Source of the DNA: Defluviicoccus sp.
Lineage (GTDB): Bacteria; Pseudomonadota; Alphaproteobacteria; MPNO01
NCBI GenBank assembly: GCA_028821395.1
Contig: JAPPGP010000141.1
Span: 17,491 to 81,490 of the forward strand
Length of the DNA: 64,000 nt
Direction: 5' to 3'
The position numbers and the translations under genes were made by a program. A model generated the notes under the pieces. That model was not told the origin of the DNA. It saw nothing but the letters and a program-made list of their open reading frames with translations, and searched no databases. Shown one piece after another: positions 52,772 to 60,805 of this stretch; the first letter of the stretch is position 1; every line of letters starts with the position of its first letter.

Positions 52772-53770
52772 ATGTCCGCCGAGGGCCCGCTCTTCGTCTC
52801 CTACCGCGATACGCTTGACCTGCTCTCGGCCGCCGAGGCGCTGGAGGTCGTCGAGCGGGTCTACGGCATGCACGCAAAGGGCTCGGTGCAGTGGTCCGAC
52901 CCGCCGAGCTTTCACATGGACGACGAGGGGCTGCACAACCACTGGCACGTCAAGGCATGCCTGCTGAAGGACATCCCGATCGCCGGGGTGCGCATGTACG
53001 GCTATTTCGAGGACAGCGAACGCTCCACCGTCGGCACCCTCGATTCGACGCGGCTCGTCGTCATCAGCGATCCCGCGACCAGCGTGCCGCTGGCGATCGT
53101 CGACGAGCACTGGAACTTCTCGATCCGCAGCACGGCTGCCGCCTGCATCGCCTGCAAGTGGATGACCAACCCCGATCCCAGGGTGCTCGGCCTCGTCGGG
53201 GTGGGCTCGATGGGGCGGACCGCGCTGCAATGCCTGTCGTCGATGTACGCCTTCGAGGAGATCCGCTGCACGTCGCGGCGGCCGGAGACCCGCGAGGCGT
53301 TCGCCGAGGAATGGTCGGCGGCGCTCGGCATTCCGGTGATTCCGGTGGCAACGCCGGAGGAGACCGTCACCGGCGCCGACATCGCGGTCGGCGGCACCAC
53401 GTCGGCAGATGTCGTCTCGCGCGTCGAATGGCTGAAGCCGGGCTCGACCTTCATCTCCCTCGCGCGGCGCGAGCTCGATCCCGCCGGCTGGCCCAGGATG
53501 GACAAGGTCGTGATCGACGATTTCCAGCTCAACATGCTGAGCCCGGTATTCCGGGAGACGGTGGAACGCGGCTATCTGTCGCGCGAGACCCTCCATGCCG
53601 AGATCTGGGAGCTGGTCGCGGGACGAAAGCCCGGCCGCGAGCATCCCGACGAGCGCGTGCTGATCCACACCGTCGGGCTGGTGTCGCAGGACGTCGCGCT
53701 CGCCGAATTCGTCTACCGCAAGGCGATCGAGAAGGGCGTCGGCATCCGCCTCCCGGCGGCTCATTCCTGA
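52772..53770 (+). CDS. ornithine cyclodeaminase / mu-crystallin family protein
   Basis: 332 aa. Rossmann GLVGVGSMGRTAL and the overall OCD layout. Confidence 0.8.
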   Translation: MSAEGPLFVSYRDTLDLLSAAEALEVVERVYGMHAKGSVQWSDPPSFHMDDEGLHNHWHVKACLLKDIPIAGVRMYGYFEDSERSTVGTLDSTRLVVISDPATSVPLAIVDEHWNFSIRSTAAACIACKWMTNPDPRVLGLVGVGSMGRTALQCLSSMYAFEEIRCTSRRPETREAFAEEWSAALGIPVIPVATPEETVTGADIAVGGTTSADVVSRVEWLKPGSTFISLARRELDPAGWPRMDKVVIDDFQLNMLSPVFRETVERGYLSRETLHAEIWELVAGRKPGREHPDERVLIHTVGLVSQDVALAEFVYRKAIEKGVGIRLPAAHS

Positions 53771-53832
53771 CCTTCGGGCCGGACGCGCGCTTGACCGGCC
53801 GCGGGGGCGGAGACAGAATTTCGCCGCCCGCG

Positions 53833-55167
53833 ATGCGATGCAGCACGATGACCGACGATCGCCTCCGATCCATGGCCAACGCCGCGGCGGCGACGCTGGT
53901 GCCCGGCGAGACGCTGCGACTCGCGGCGCGGATGGTGGATATCCCGAGCCCGTCGGGCCGCGAGCGCGAGCTGGCGGAGATGCTTTCGGGCTTCATGGCG
54001 GATAACGGCCTCGACGGGCGGTGCCAGGCGGTGGACGGCGAGCTGTGCAACGCCCTCGGCCGGCTGCGCGGCTCGGGCGGAGGCGCCGAGCTGATGCTGT
54101 TCTCTCCCCTCGACACCGCCTTCGCCGGAACCCCCGAAGCCGACGGGCCGTTCCTCGGCAGGCCGATGCGCGACGACCAGATCGCCGCCGCCCGCATCGA
54201 GGGCGAGGTCCTGACCGGGCTCGGCGCGCACAACCCCAAGGGCCACGCCGCCGCAGCCATCATGGCCGCAATCTGCCTCGCGCGCGCCGGCGCGGCGCTT
54301 CCGGGCGATGTCGTCGTCGCGCTCGCGGGCGGCGGCATGCCGACCAATATCCCGGCGGGAGACGGACGGGCCGGGCGGCGAATCGGTCACGGCGCCGGCT
54401 GCGCGTTCCTGCTCGAGCAGGGCACCCGCCCGGACCATGCCATCGTCGTCAAGCCGGGCCCTCCGGCCTGGGAGGAGGTCGGCCTCTGCTGGTTTCGCGT
54501 CTCGGTGCGCGGGCTGCTCGGCTATGCCGGTACGCGGCACGTGGTGGCGCACGCCAACCCGATCCTCGCGGCGGCCAAGGTGATCGAGGGGCTGGAGGCT
54601 TGGTTCTCCGAGTACTCGGAAGCCAACGCGTCCGGCACATTGCGCCCGCAGGGCTCGATCGGCTGTATCCGCGCGGGCTGGGCCGAGAAGCCGACCTTCA
54701 TCCCCGAGATCTGCGAGATCTACCTCGATCTGCGCAGCACGCCCCGCACCGGCCCGGCCGAGGTGCGCCGACAATTCGCCGCCGCGATCGAGTCCATCCG
54801 CGCGGCCCATGCCGGCCTCGATCTGGATTGGGAGATGATTCTCGCCGTGCCCGCCTCCCATACCGACCCGGAGAGCTGGATCGTGGGCGCGGCGATCCGC
54901 GCCTGGGAGCGCATGACGGGCCGCCGGTTCGTCCCCGGGAGCGACGGCAGCGGCGCCACCGAGGCGAACGTGATCCGCAATTGGGGGATCCCGACGGCGC
55001 GCTTCGGGCTGCCGCCGCCGCCCGCGCCGCTGCCGCGCTCGGGGCAATTCTCGATGGGGGAGGTCCATACCGACAGCCTCGATGCGCTGGTGCGCGCGCT
55101 GATCGATGCCGCGGTCGACACCTGCGGCCGGCCTGTGGCGGAGCTGGAGCGAGGCCCCCGATGTTGA
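53833..55167 (+). CDS. M20 family metallohydrolase (ArgE/DapE/ACY1-like deacylase)
   Basis: In-frame ATGs at 53833 and 53848. ...MVDIPSPSGRERELAEML..., LFSPLDTAF, GATEANV are consistent with M20 peptidases. The call is less certain than for neighbouring genes. Confidence 0.7.
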   Translation: MRCSTMTDDRLRSMANAAAATLVPGETLRLAARMVDIPSPSGRERELAEMLSGFMADNGLDGRCQAVDGELCNALGRLRGSGGGAELMLFSPLDTAFAGTPEADGPFLGRPMRDDQIAAARIEGEVLTGLGAHNPKGHAAAAIMAAICLARAGAALPGDVVVALAGGGMPTNIPAGDGRAGRRIGHGAGCAFLLEQGTRPDHAIVVKPGPPAWEEVGLCWFRVSVRGLLGYAGTRHVVAHANPILAAAKVIEGLEAWFSEYSEANASGTLRPQGSIGCIRAGWAEKPTFIPEICEIYLDLRSTPRTGPAEVRRQFAAAIESIRAAHAGLDLDWEMILAVPASHTDPESWIVGAAIRAWERMTGRRFVPGSDGSGATEANVIRNWGIPTARFGLPPPPAPLPRSGQFSMGEVHTDSLDALVRALIDAAVDTCGRPVAELERGPRC

Positions 55168-56315
55168 TGCCCAAGCCGACCGGCGTGCCGCGCAACCTCT
55201 CCGAACAGATCACCGGGCGGGAGCAGGGGGCGTCGCGCTTCCGCATCTATGACAGCCACCCGCTCGGCCTGCCCGAATACTGGTATCCGGTACTCTGGTC
55301 CAAGAGCCTGAAACCGCGCCGGGGCATCGGGCTCACGCTGCTCGGCAAGGAGGTCGCGCTGTTCCGCGAGGGCGGCAAGGCCTACGCCCTCGACAACCGC
55401 TGCCCGCATCGCGGCGTTCCGCTCGACAACGCGCAGTGCGATTTCGCCGGCACCCGCACCTGCCCCTATCACGGCTGGGTCTTCGAGCTGGAGACGGGCA
55501 GGCTGCGCGCCGCGCTCACCGACGGGCCGGACTCTCCGATCGTGAAGAAGGGCAGCGTCCGGGTGCGCACCTATCCCGTCGAGGAGCGCTGCGGGCTGAT
55601 CTGGATCTATCTCGGGGAAGACGAGCCGCCGCCGGTCGAGGACGACATCCCCGACGAGTGGCTGCTGCCCACGGCGATCGTCACCGGGCGCATCTCCGAG
55701 CGCGCCGGCGACTGGCGTTACGCCGTCGAGAACGGCTATGACGAGGGTCACGTCAAGTACCTCCACCGCCGCGGCGTCTGGACCTTCTGGCGGCGCGCGC
55801 CCGGCTGGGGATGGTCGGAGCCGCGCATCTCGGAGGACGGCAAGTGGTTGACCCGCGAGACCAGGGAGCTCGGCTTCAGCGCCGAGTTTCCCGGGCTCGG
55901 CGCGTGGCCGCCGCAGAAATGGTACAAGTGGCGCCCGGGCGCGCGCGGCATCAAGTTCCGCCTGCCCTGCACGCTCCGCGTGGCGTACCGGGCGTGGGCG
56001 CATTTCGAGTGGTACGTGCCGACCGAGCGGGGGCATCACCGCTATCTCCAGTTCATCTGCAAGCACGCAAGCGGACTTCCGGCGCTCTGGCACCGGATCA
56101 AGTACCTGCTCTACGTCCGCCCGTTCTTCCATAACCAGTTCAACGACCAGGACGCCTGGATGGTGGAGAACATGGTGACGCCGCCGGAGATCCTCTACCG
56201 GCCCGACGGCGCCATGCAGTCGGTGCGCCAGTACTACGAGGACACCGCGCGCGGCTTCGGTCGGGAGCCCGTCGAGCGGTATCCGAGGGAAGACAGCGGG
56301 CCGGGCGCCAGCTAG
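55161..56315 (+). CDS. Rieske [2Fe-2S] oxygenase, alpha-type subunit
   Basis: 384 aa. The ATG at 55161 overlaps the upstream stop. Rieske motif CPHRGVPLDN...CPYHGWVFELETG. Catalytic-domain motif ENGYDEGHVKYLH. Confidence 0.85.
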   Translation: MLMPKPTGVPRNLSEQITGREQGASRFRIYDSHPLGLPEYWYPVLWSKSLKPRRGIGLTLLGKEVALFREGGKAYALDNRCPHRGVPLDNAQCDFAGTRTCPYHGWVFELETGRLRAALTDGPDSPIVKKGSVRVRTYPVEERCGLIWIYLGEDEPPPVEDDIPDEWLLPTAIVTGRISERAGDWRYAVENGYDEGHVKYLHRRGVWTFWRRAPGWGWSEPRISEDGKWLTRETRELGFSAEFPGLGAWPPQKWYKWRPGARGIKFRLPCTLRVAYRAWAHFEWYVPTERGHHRYLQFICKHASGLPALWHRIKYLLYVRPFFHNQFNDQDAWMVENMVTPPEILYRPDGAMQSVRQYYEDTARGFGREPVERYPREDSGPGAS

Positions 56316-56332
56316 GACGCAGAGGGGCGAGC

Positions 56333-57157
56333 ATGGCGGAGAACGGCGGCAGATTCGTCCGCATCGACGGACACCGCATCCATATCGACGAGGCGGGCGA
56401 GGGCTACCCCGTGATCTGCCTGCACGGCGGCGGGCCCGGCGCCGGCGGCCGCAGCAACTTCCGCTACAACGTGGATGCGCTCTCGGCGCGCTACCGCACG
56501 ATCCTCATGGACATGCCGAATTTCGGCAAGTCCGACATGATCGTCTCCGACAAGGGCCGGCTCAGCCTGTGCGCCGACACGATCCGGGGGCTGATGGACG
56601 CCCTCGGCATCCCCAAGGCCCACTTCATCGGCAACTCGATGGGCGCCCAGAGCGTGTTCAAGTTCGCCCTCGACCATCCGGACCGCATCGACCGCTTCGT
56701 CGCCATCGGCAACACCACCTACACGCGCACCTTCTTCCAGCCGCGCCCGGCGGAGGGCATCAGGTTGATCGCCGAGTACTATCGCGGCGAAGGCCCGACC
56801 GAAGAGAAGATGCGCGCCCTCTTGACCGCCATCGTCTACGACCCGTCCTTCATCACCGACCAGATCGTGAAGGAGCGATTCGAGGCGAGCGCCGAGCCCC
56901 GGGTGGTCGAGCTCTGGTCGAACAACCCGCCGAAGCCCGAGGACATCGGCGACCGGCTGCACGAGGTGCGCTGCCCGGTGCTGCTGATGTGGGGGTCGCA
57001 GGACCGTTTCTCGTCGCTCGATTCCGGCCTCTCCATGGTCAATATTCTCGCCGACGCGCGCATGCACATCTTCCCGCGCTGCGGCCATTGGGTGCAGGTG
57101 GAATGGGCCGAGGAGTTCAACGAGCTCGCGCTCGCCTTCCTCGCCCGCGAGTCGTGA
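56333..57157 (+). CDS. alpha/beta hydrolase of the meta-cleavage-product (C-C bond) hydrolase type
   Basis: 274 aa. ICLHGGGPGAGG, nucleophile GNSMGA, C-terminal CGHWVQVEWAEEF. BphD/MhpC-like. Sits directly upstream of LigAB-type dioxygenase genes. Confidence 0.8.
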   Translation: MAENGGRFVRIDGHRIHIDEAGEGYPVICLHGGGPGAGGRSNFRYNVDALSARYRTILMDMPNFGKSDMIVSDKGRLSLCADTIRGLMDALGIPKAHFIGNSMGAQSVFKFALDHPDRIDRFVAIGNTTYTRTFFQPRPAEGIRLIAEYYRGEGPTEEKMRALLTAIVYDPSFITDQIVKERFEASAEPRVVELWSNNPPKPEDIGDRLHEVRCPVLLMWGSQDRFSSLDSGLSMVNILADARMHIFPRCGHWVQVEWAEEFNELALAFLARES

Positions 57158-57167
57158 GAGCGGGCAG

Positions 57168-57419
57168 GTGAGCCGCTACGAGCTCAACCGGGCGATGTAC
57201 GAGGGCACGCGCGACCGGTCGATCGCCGACAAATCGGAATTTCTCGCGGCCTACGCGCTCGACGAGGCGGAGCGGCGGGCGCTGGCTGTGCCCAACTTCG
57301 CGGCGATCCTCGATCTCGGCGGTCTGCCCAACCTGGTCTACCGGTACTACCGGGCGCACGGGCTTGCGTTCGAGGCGTTCTCCGGGCGTCTCGGCCGCGA
57401 CCGCGCGGAGCTCGGCTAG
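57168..57419 (+). CDS. LigA-like small subunit of a class III extradiol dioxygenase
   Basis: 83 aa, GTG start. MSRYELNRAMYE...FLAAYALDEAERRAL resembles the LigA-subunit domain. The next gene begins at the nucleotide immediately after its stop. Confidence 0.65.
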   Translation: MSRYELNRAMYEGTRDRSIADKSEFLAAYALDEAERRALAVPNFAAILDLGGLPNLVYRYYRAHGLAFEAFSGRLGRDRAELG

Positions 57420-58259
57420 ATGGCGCGCCTCGTCCTCGGCATCGCGACCACCCATATCGCCGCCATCGCGCGGACCCCGCAGATCGCCTCGCCGGAGGAG
57501 GCGGCGCGGTTTCGGGCGGGCTTCGAAACCCTCGCCGATGCGCTCGCGCGGGCCGCGCCCGACGTGCTCGTCGTGATCTCGCCCGATCACGTCAACCGCT
57601 TCTTTCTCGACAACATGCCCGCCTTCTGTATCGGGCTGAGGGACAGCTTCGAGGGGCCTGCGGAGGAGGGTACGGGGATTCCGCGCCGGCTCGTCGCCGG
57701 CCACGCGCCGCTCGCAACCGGTATTCTGGAACACGGGCTGGCGCACGGTATCGACTGGTCCCGCGCCGAGGACTGGGTGCTCGACCACGGCTTCATGGTC
57801 CCGCTGCACATGCTCGACCCCGAGGGGCGCATTCCGGTGGTGCCGGTAAACGTCAACTGCGCCGCCCCGCCGCTGCCGGGCATCGCGCGCTGTCACGCGG
57901 TCGGCGCGCTCTTGGGCGAGGCAATCCGGGCGGCCGAAGACGATCTCCGCGTCGCCGTCGTCGCCGCCGGCGGGCTCTCGCACTCCCCGGGCGACGAGCG
58001 CATGGGTCTTATCGATACCGGATTCGACGAACGCTTTCTCGGGCTTCTCGAGGCGGGGGCGACCGCCGACATCCTCGCGCTGACCGATGCCGAGATCGAC
58101 GCCGCCGGGTCCTCGACCGCCGAGATCAGGAGCTGGATCGTGCTTTACGGCGCGTTCGGAAACCGGCCCTTCCGCCGGGTCCATTACCAGGCGATCGCCG
58201 CCTACGGCACCGGCTGCGGCCAGTGCCTGGTGGAGCCCGCGGCCGGAAATCCCGGATAG
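57420..58259 (+). CDS. class III extradiol ring-cleavage dioxygenase, catalytic LigB-type subunit
   Basis: 279 aa. GIATTHI, VVISPDHVNRFF and LDHGFMVPL motifs (LigB family metal ligands). Confidence 0.85.
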   Translation: MARLVLGIATTHIAAIARTPQIASPEEAARFRAGFETLADALARAAPDVLVVISPDHVNRFFLDNMPAFCIGLRDSFEGPAEEGTGIPRRLVAGHAPLATGILEHGLAHGIDWSRAEDWVLDHGFMVPLHMLDPEGRIPVVPVNVNCAAPPLPGIARCHAVGALLGEAIRAAEDDLRVAVVAAGGLSHSPGDERMGLIDTGFDERFLGLLEAGATADILALTDAEIDAAGSSTAEIRSWIVLYGAFGNRPFRRVHYQAIAAYGTGCGQCLVEPAAGNPG

Positions 58260-58373
58260 GCGGCGATGCCGGCACCCGCCGGATGCTGATCGAATCGACG
58301 TTGACAACTTCTTGCCATTTCCTTACATGCAATGCTGAGGTGCAAGCGCGCTTGCGTGCTTGCCTTCGATTCC

Positions 58374-58408
58374 GAGACCCGCACTTCGGTGCGGGTCTTC
58401 GCGTTTCT
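58374..58408 (+). terminator. rho-independent terminator downstream of the LigB-type gene
   Basis: Hairpin GACCCGCAC-TTCG-GTGCGGGTC (58376-58397) followed by the T-rich tail TTCGCGTTTCT. It lies inside the 5' part of the 58332 track ORF. Confidence 0.55.
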
Positions 58409-58418
58409 GAGAGGGGCC

Positions 58419-59210
58419 GTGACCCACTTCGTCTATCTTGACGAATTCGGCCATGTCGGTCCCTACATCAGCCGCACCGACTCCCGTCACAATGCCAGTC
58501 CCGTGTTCGGTCTCGCCGGCTTTGCTTTGCCGTCCCATCAGGTCCGTGGATTTGCGACGTGGTTCTACCAGAGGAAATGCGAGCTTCTTGGACCTGAAAT
58601 CGAGCGTTCGACCAAAATCCCGGCCGTCTGGGAAAAGAAGGGGTCGAGGCTCTACACGGTGGCCAATGTGAAGGGATATCGCAGCCTGCGGACCTTCACG
58701 AATCGTCTGTTCATCCGCATTACCGGTCTTGGCGGCTTTGTATTCTACGTCGGGATCAGGAAGACTTTCGCACCGGACGAGCACAACGGAAATCGCCTCT
58801 ACGTCGGAATTCTTCGCGAAGCAATCAAGCGGCTCGACCAATATTGCAGCGAGGATTGTTCTCCGGCGAGCCACTTCATTTTGGCGCTCGATGAGCACCC
58901 GCGACGTTCGGAGTTGGTCACGGCAGCATCCCAGAGCATGTTTGGCGGGGATGAACCGCGCCGACGGCTCATCGAGCCACCATTTCACTTGGAAAGTCAC
59001 CGCTATCAGACCATCCAGGCTGCGGACTGGATTGCCGCGTTGGTAGGGCGCCTGGGGGCGTACTGGGAAGATCCCGACGCCTATCCCGAGAACGAGGCGT
59101 TCCTCAAGTACTTCGGGGCGCGGCTCAACCGAGCAAGCCGTCGCAGTGGGATCAGAAGCCGCCCGCGCGGGACCCGCAACTCGCCTCGGGCCTCCGGCGG
59201 CCCGCCCTAG
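58419..59210 (+). CDS. DUF3800-like protein in a lower-GC islet
   Basis: Preferred GTG is at 58419, after the terminator and a GAGAGGGG RBS-like element. The N-terminus then reads THFVYLDEFGHVGP, and the C-terminal part carries YQTIQAADWIAAL. Both resemble DUF3800 motifs as I recall them. The gene is visibly less GC-rich than its neighbours. Confidence 0.55.
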   Translation: MTHFVYLDEFGHVGPYISRTDSRHNASPVFGLAGFALPSHQVRGFATWFYQRKCELLGPEIERSTKIPAVWEKKGSRLYTVANVKGYRSLRTFTNRLFIRITGLGGFVFYVGIRKTFAPDEHNGNRLYVGILREAIKRLDQYCSEDCSPASHFILALDEHPRRSELVTAASQSMFGGDEPRRRLIEPPFHLESHRYQTIQAADWIAALVGRLGAYWEDPDAYPENEAFLKYFGARLNRASRRSGIRSRPRGTRNSPRASGGPP

Positions 59211-59514
59211 CGCGCACCGTCAGAGTGCGACGCTCCATCTTCCCCCAGCCGTACTATCCATTCCAGATCCCGCGGCGTGCCGGAGGGGACCGCAGCCATC
59301 GCTGGCGAACCACCGATGCTCAAGCGGATCCGGACCAAATCGCAGTGCCCGAAATAAAGGGCGAGCATGTGGCAGCGATTGCCGACCCTGCGGCCGGTTT
59401 CTTGTCCGCCGCGGGGGGCGGTGATACCGTGATCCGGGCGGGGTATTGCGGCCGTCGGCCCGGAAACGCGCCTGCCCGCTCTCGCTTGAGGTTGCAACTT
59501 CGGGGACAGGGACG

Positions 59515-59928
59515 ATGGCCGAAGCAAGGCCCTTCTTCACCAACTTTCACCAGGCGCCGACCCGGAACATGAAGCTGGGGCGGGGCACCGGAATCAAGCT
59601 GATCAACCCCGAGATGGGCTGCCGGAAGGTCGACGTCCACATCAACGTCATCAACGACGACTCAGGCCCGGGCGAGGTCCATTTCCACCAGAACGCCGAC
59701 AACGTCTACATCGTCCTCGAAGGCGTGCTCGAGGTCGTGGTCGAAGGCGAGCGCCATCTCCTGCACAAGGACGATGTCGGCTACATCCCGGCGGGGGTGG
59801 TGCACACCGCCGGAAGCGCCGGCGGGCACGGCCCGACGCGCGTCATCGAGATCTACGCGCCCGGCGGCTACGACTTTCACGAAGTCGAGAGCTTCGACAA
59901 CCCCGTCGAGATCGCGCCGTCGTCCTGA
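59515..59928 (+). CDS. cupin-domain protein
   Basis: 137 aa from the in-frame ATG at 59515. Cupin motifs GEVHFHQNADNVYIVLEG and GYIPAGVVH. Confidence 0.8.
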   Translation: MAEARPFFTNFHQAPTRNMKLGRGTGIKLINPEMGCRKVDVHINVINDDSGPGEVHFHQNADNVYIVLEGVLEVVVEGERHLLHKDDVGYIPAGVVHTAGSAGGHGPTRVIEIYAPGGYDFHEVESFDNPVEIAPSS

Positions 59929-59947
59929 TCGCCCCCGGAGGACGCCG

Positions 59948-60805
59948 ATGACGGAAATCTCCACCGTCTTCGTCGAGGGGACGCCGCGGCTTGCCCTCGA
60001 CCGGGCCGGGTCGGGGCCGCTGGTGCTTTTCCTGCACGGCATCGGCGGCAACCGGAGCAACTGGACCGCGCAGATCGAAGCCCTCTGCGACTCCTTCCAC
60101 GCCGTCGCCTGGGACGCGCGCGGCTACGGCGAGTCGGACGACTACGAGGGCAAGCTCGATTTCGGGGATTTCGCGCGCGACGCGCTCCGGGTGCTCGACC
60201 GCTTCGGCGCCGAGACGGCGCATTTCGTCGGGCTCTCGATGGGCGGGCGGATCGCCCAGGACTTTTGCGCCCGTTACCCCGACCGGGTGGCGACGCTGGT
60301 GCTGTGCGACACGATGTCGGATTTCCGCGACTCCATGACGCCCGAGAAGCGCGCCGAGTTCATCCGGCTGCGCCAGGCGCCGCTCAAGGCGGGCAAGGAG
60401 CCGCGCGACATCGCCGACGCGCTGGTCGACAGCCTGGCCGGGCCCGGCGCCGACGAGCCCGCCCGCCGGCGGCTCTGGGACAGCATCGCCGCGCTCCACA
60501 AGGAGTCGTACCTCAAGACCATCGAGGCCTCGCTCTCCTTCGACCGGTCGGCGGAGATCGACCGGATCTCGGTTCCGACGCTGCTGATCTACGGCGAGCA
60601 CGACCGGCTGACACCGCCTTCCATCGGAGAGGCTTTGCACCGACGCATCGCCGGCTCCGAGCTCGCGGTGATCGAGGATGCCGGACATCTTTCCAACATC
60701 GAACGGCCCGAGGCCTTCAACGCGGCGCTGCTCGCCTTTCTCTCGAAACACCGCGACCGCGCCGTCGCGCGCCGCACGGAATCCGCAGGGAGGACCGCAG
60801 AATGA
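59948..60805 (+). CDS. alpha/beta hydrolase
   Basis: 285 aa from the ATG at 59948, preceded by GGAGGA. LFLHGIGGN, GLSMGG, C-terminal AGHLSNIERPEAF. Confidence 0.85.
   Translation: MTEISTVFVEGTPRLALDRAGSGPLVLFLHGIGGNRSNWTAQIEALCDSFHAVAWDARGYGESDDYEGKLDFGDFARDALRVLDRFGAETAHFVGLSMGGRIAQDFCARYPDRVATLVLCDTMSDFRDSMTPEKRAEFIRLRQAPLKAGKEPRDIADALVDSLAGPGADEPARRRLWDSIAALHKESYLKTIEASLSFDRSAEIDRISVPTLLIYGEHDRLTPPSIGEALHRRIAGSELAVIEDAGHLSNIERPEAFNAALLAFLSKHRDRAVARRTESAGRTAE

Noticed and set aside
58259-59430. Possible direct repeats flanking the low-GC islet: GGCGGCGATGCCGG at 58259-58272 and GGCGGTGATACCGT at 59417-59430.
   Set aside because: Only 11 of 14 positions match and the sequence is GC-rich. 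This is easily explained by chance in 64 kb of GC-rich DNA and is not evidence for an att site.
59207-59527. 106-aa minus-strand ORF in the non-coding part of the islet, considered as a possible gene fragment or toxin remnant.
   Set aside because: It has no recognisable motif and no RBS, and it overlaps the start of the cupin gene. Insufficient evidence for a gene.
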